Assembly: GCF_006345805.1 (NCBI RefSeq) | Contig: NC_043006.1 | Span: 4,030,001 to 4,094,000, forward strand | Direction: 5' to 3' | DNA from: Octopus sinensis | Taxonomy: Eukaryota | DNA: 64,000 nucleotides | Shown here: positions 60,656-64,000 of the stretch, piece after piece | How the letters are laid out: each line of letters starts with the position of its first letter | Numbering within the stretch: the stretch's first letter is position 1 | Program-made: the position numbers and the translations under genes | The notes under the pieces: model-generated | The model's input: only the letters and a program-made list of their open reading frames with translations | Told to the model about the DNA's origin: nothing | Database searches by the model: none

Positions 60656-63600
60656 CCTCTTTGATCTCTTTCAGCACCCTCTTTGATCTCTTTCGGCACC
60701 CACTTTGATCTTTTTCGGAACACCTCTGATCTCTTTCGGCACACTCTTTGATTTCTTTCGCACCGCACCCTCTTTGATCTCTTTTGGGAGCCTCTTTGAT
60801 CTCTTTCAGGAGCCTCTTTGATCTCTTTCGGCACCCTCTTTGATCTCTTTCGTGACCCCTCTTTGATCTCTTTCGGCACCCTCTTTCATCTCTTTCGACA
60901 CCCATTTTGATCTCTTTCGGGACTCGTCTTTGATCACTTACGACACCCACTTTGATCACTTTCGGGACTCCCCTTTGACGTCTTTCGGGACCCCCCTTCG
61001 ATCTATTTCGGGACGCCTCTTTGATCACTTTCGGGACTCCGCTTTGATCTCTTTCGGGACTCCTCCTTGATCACTTTCGGGACTCCTCTTTGATGTCTTT
61101 CGGCACCCTCTTTGATCACTTTCGGGACTCCTCTTTGATCTCTTTCGGCACCCTCTTTGATTTCTTTCGACACCCATTTTGATCTCTTTCGGCACTCTCT
61201 TTGATGTCTTTCAACACCCATTTTGGTCTCTTTCGGGTCTCCTCTTTGATCTCTTTCTGGACTCCTCTTTGATCACTTTCGGGACTCCTCTTTGATCTCT
61301 TTCGGCACCTACTTTGATGTCTTTCGGGACTCCCCTTTGATCTCTTTCGGGACTCCTCTTTGATGTGTTTCGGCACTCTCTTTGATCACTTTCGGGACTC
61401 CCCTTTGATATTTTTCGGGACTCCCCTTTGATCTCTTTCCTGACTCCTCTTTGATCTCTTTCGGCACCCACTTTGATCTCTTTCGACACCCATTTTGATC
61501 TCTTTCGGCACTCTCTTTGATGTCTTTTGGCACCCTCTTTGATCTGTTTCGGCACCCACTTTGATCTCTTTCTGGACTCCTCTTTTATCTCTTTCGTGAC
61601 TCCTCTTTGCTCTCTTTCGGCACCCTCTTTGATCTCTTTTGGCACCCTCTTTGTTCTCTTTCGGCACCCATTTTGATCTCTTTCGGCACTCTCTTTGATG
61701 TCTTTCGGCACCCTCTTTGTTCTCTTTCGGCACCCACTTTGAACTCTTTCGGGACTCCTCTTTGATCTCTTCCGTGACTCCTCTTTGCTCTCTTTCGGCA
61801 CTCTCTTTGATGTCTTTTGGTACCCTCTTTGATATCTTTCGGCACCTACTTTGATCTCTTTCGTGACTCCTCTTTGATCTCTTTCAGCACCCTCTTTGAT
61901 CTCTTTCGGCACCCTCTTTGATCTCTTTCGGCACCCTCTTTGATCTCTTTCGTGACTCCTCTTTGATCTCTTTCGGCACGCTCTTTCATCTCTTTCGGCA
62001 CCCTCTTTGATCTCTTTCGGCACCCTCTTTGATCTCTTTCGGCACCCTCTTTGATCTCTTTCGTGACTCCTCTTTGATCTCTTTCAGGACTCCCCTTTGA
62101 TGTCTTTTGGCACCCTCTTTGATCTGTTTCGGCACCCTCTTTGATCTGTTTCGGCACCCACTTTGATCTCTTTCGGCACCCTCTTTGATCTCTTTCGGGA
62201 CTCCTCTTTGCTCTCTTTCGGCACTCTTTGATGTCTTTCGGCACCCTCTTTGTTCTCTTTTGGCATGCACTTTGATCTTTTTCGGAACACCTCTGATCTC
62301 TTTCGGCACACTCTTTGATTTCTTTCGCACCCTCTTTGATCTCTTTCCGGAGCCTCTTTGATCTCTTTCGGCACCCTCTTTGATCTCTTTCGTGACTCCT
62401 CTTTGATCTCTTTCGTCACCCTATTTGATCTCTTTCGGTACCCACTTTGATCTCTTTCGGCACCCTCTTTGATCTCTTTCGGCAACCTCTTTGATCTCTT
62501 TCGTGACTCCTCTTTGATCTCTTTCGTCACCCTCTTTGATCTCTTTCGGCACCCTCTTTGATCTCTTTCGGCACCCTCTTTGATCTCTTTCGACACCCAT
62601 TTTGATCTCTTTCGGGACTCCTCTTTGATCACTTACGACACCCACTTTGATCACTTCCGGGACTCCCCTTTGATGTCTTTCGGGACCCCCCTTCGATCTC
62701 TTTTGGGACGCCTCTTTGATCTCTTTCGGGACTCCTCTTTGATCTCTCTCGGGACCCTCTCTGATCTCTTTCGGGTCTCCTCTTTGATCACTTTCGGGAC
62801 TCCTCTTTGATCTCTTTCGGCACCCTCTTTGATCTCTTTCGGCACCCACTTTGATCTGCTTTGGGACTCCTCTTTGATCACTTTCGGGACTCCTCTTTGA
62901 TCACTTACGGCACCCTCTTTGATCTTTTTCGGCACCTACTTTGATCTCTTTCGTGACTCCTCTTTGATGTCTTTCGGCACCCTCTTTGATCTGTTTCGGC
63001 ACCATCTTTGATCACTTTCTGGACTCCCCTTTGAAGTCTTTCGGGACACCCCTTTGAACTTTTTCGGGACTCCTCTTTGATCACTTTCGGGACTCCACTT
63101 TGATCTCTTTCGGGACTCCTCTTTGATCACTTTCAGGACTCCTCTTTGATCTCTTTCGAACCCACTTTGATCTCTTTCGTGACTCCTCTTTGCTCTCTTT
63201 CGCACCCACTTTGATCTCTTTCGGGTCTCCTCTTTGATCTCTTTCGGGACTCCCATTTGATGTCTTTCGGGACTCCTCTTTGATCTCTTTCGGGACTCCT
63301 CTTTGATCACATTCGGGACTCCTCTTTGATCTCTTTCGGCACCTACTTTGATGTCTTTCGGGACTCCCCTTTGGTCTCTTTCGGGACTCCTCTTTGATCT
63401 GTTTCGTGACTCCTCTTTGCTCTCTTTCGGCACTATCTTTGATGTCTTTCGGCACCCTCTTTGATCTGTTTCGGCACCCACTTTGATTTCTTTCGGCACT
63501 CTCCTTGATGTCTTTCGGCACCCTCTTTGATCTGTTTCGGCACCCACTTTGATGTCTTTCGGGACTCCTCTTTGATCTCTTTCGGGACTCCTCTTTGATC

Positions 63601-64000
63601 ACATTCGGGACTCCTCTTTGATCTCTTTCGGCACCTACTTTGATCTCTTTCGGCACCCTCTTTGATCTCTTTCGGCACCTACTTTGATCTCTTTCCTGAC
63701 TCCTCTTTGATCTCTTTCGGCACTCTCTTTGATCTCTTTCGGCACCCTCTTTGCTCTCTTTCGGCACTCTCTTTGATGTCTTTCGGCACCCTCTTTGATG
63801 TCTTTCGGCACTCTCTTTGATGTCTTTCGGCACCCTCTTTGATCTGTTTCGGCACCCACTTTGAACTCTTTCGGGACTCCTCTTTGATCACTTTCGTGAC
63901 CCTTCTTTGCTCTCTTTCGGCACTCTCTTTGATGTCTTTCGGCACTCTCTTTGATCTCTTTCGGCACCCACTTTGATCTCTTTCGGGACTCCTCTTTGAT
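60656..64000. repeat. 22/23-bp tandem satellite, open at the window end
   Basis: Monomers CGGCACCCTCTTTGATCTCTTT (22 bp) and CGGGACTCCTCTTTGATCTCTTT (23 bp) are interspersed. Confidence 0.97.

Noticed and set aside
60618-63967. Many KEIKE/RSKR/ERDQR-rich ORFs up to 270 aa
   Set aside because: They are translations of the 22/23-bp satellite in all three minus frames. The array has no spacers, so it is not CRISPR either.

Overview
AT-rich, repeat-dominated animal genomic DNA. The SINE/LINE families and microsatellite density look cephalopod (Octopus-like); that is inferred from recognition, not a search. One host gene is supported: a minus-strand PLP-dependent L-serine dehydratase (SDS/SDSL-like). 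I traced five in-phase GT-AG coding exons (21715-21882, 21252-21404, 16558-16633, 14111-14150, 7659-7886; 665 nt); its 3' exons were not found in the window. The rest is mostly mobile DNA: R4/Dong-type RLE LINEs stacked in (TAA)n arrays, RTE and CR1-type LINEs, mariner remnants, tRNA-derived SINEs and microsatellites. At the right end about 100 bp of degenerate TTAGGG abuts a 22/23-bp satellite that runs off the window. The most interesting signal is a set of non-coding, head-to-head inverted elements carrying type I hammerhead ribozyme motifs of the Penelope/retrozyme kind. They are a zero-spacer 1.5-kb palindrome (32025-33528), a structure built from circularly permuted 535-nt monomers (38165-39360), a tRNA-headed hammerhead element (about 22540-23010) and two decayed examples (8126-8400, 14352-15262). 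All alignments and folds were done by eye.
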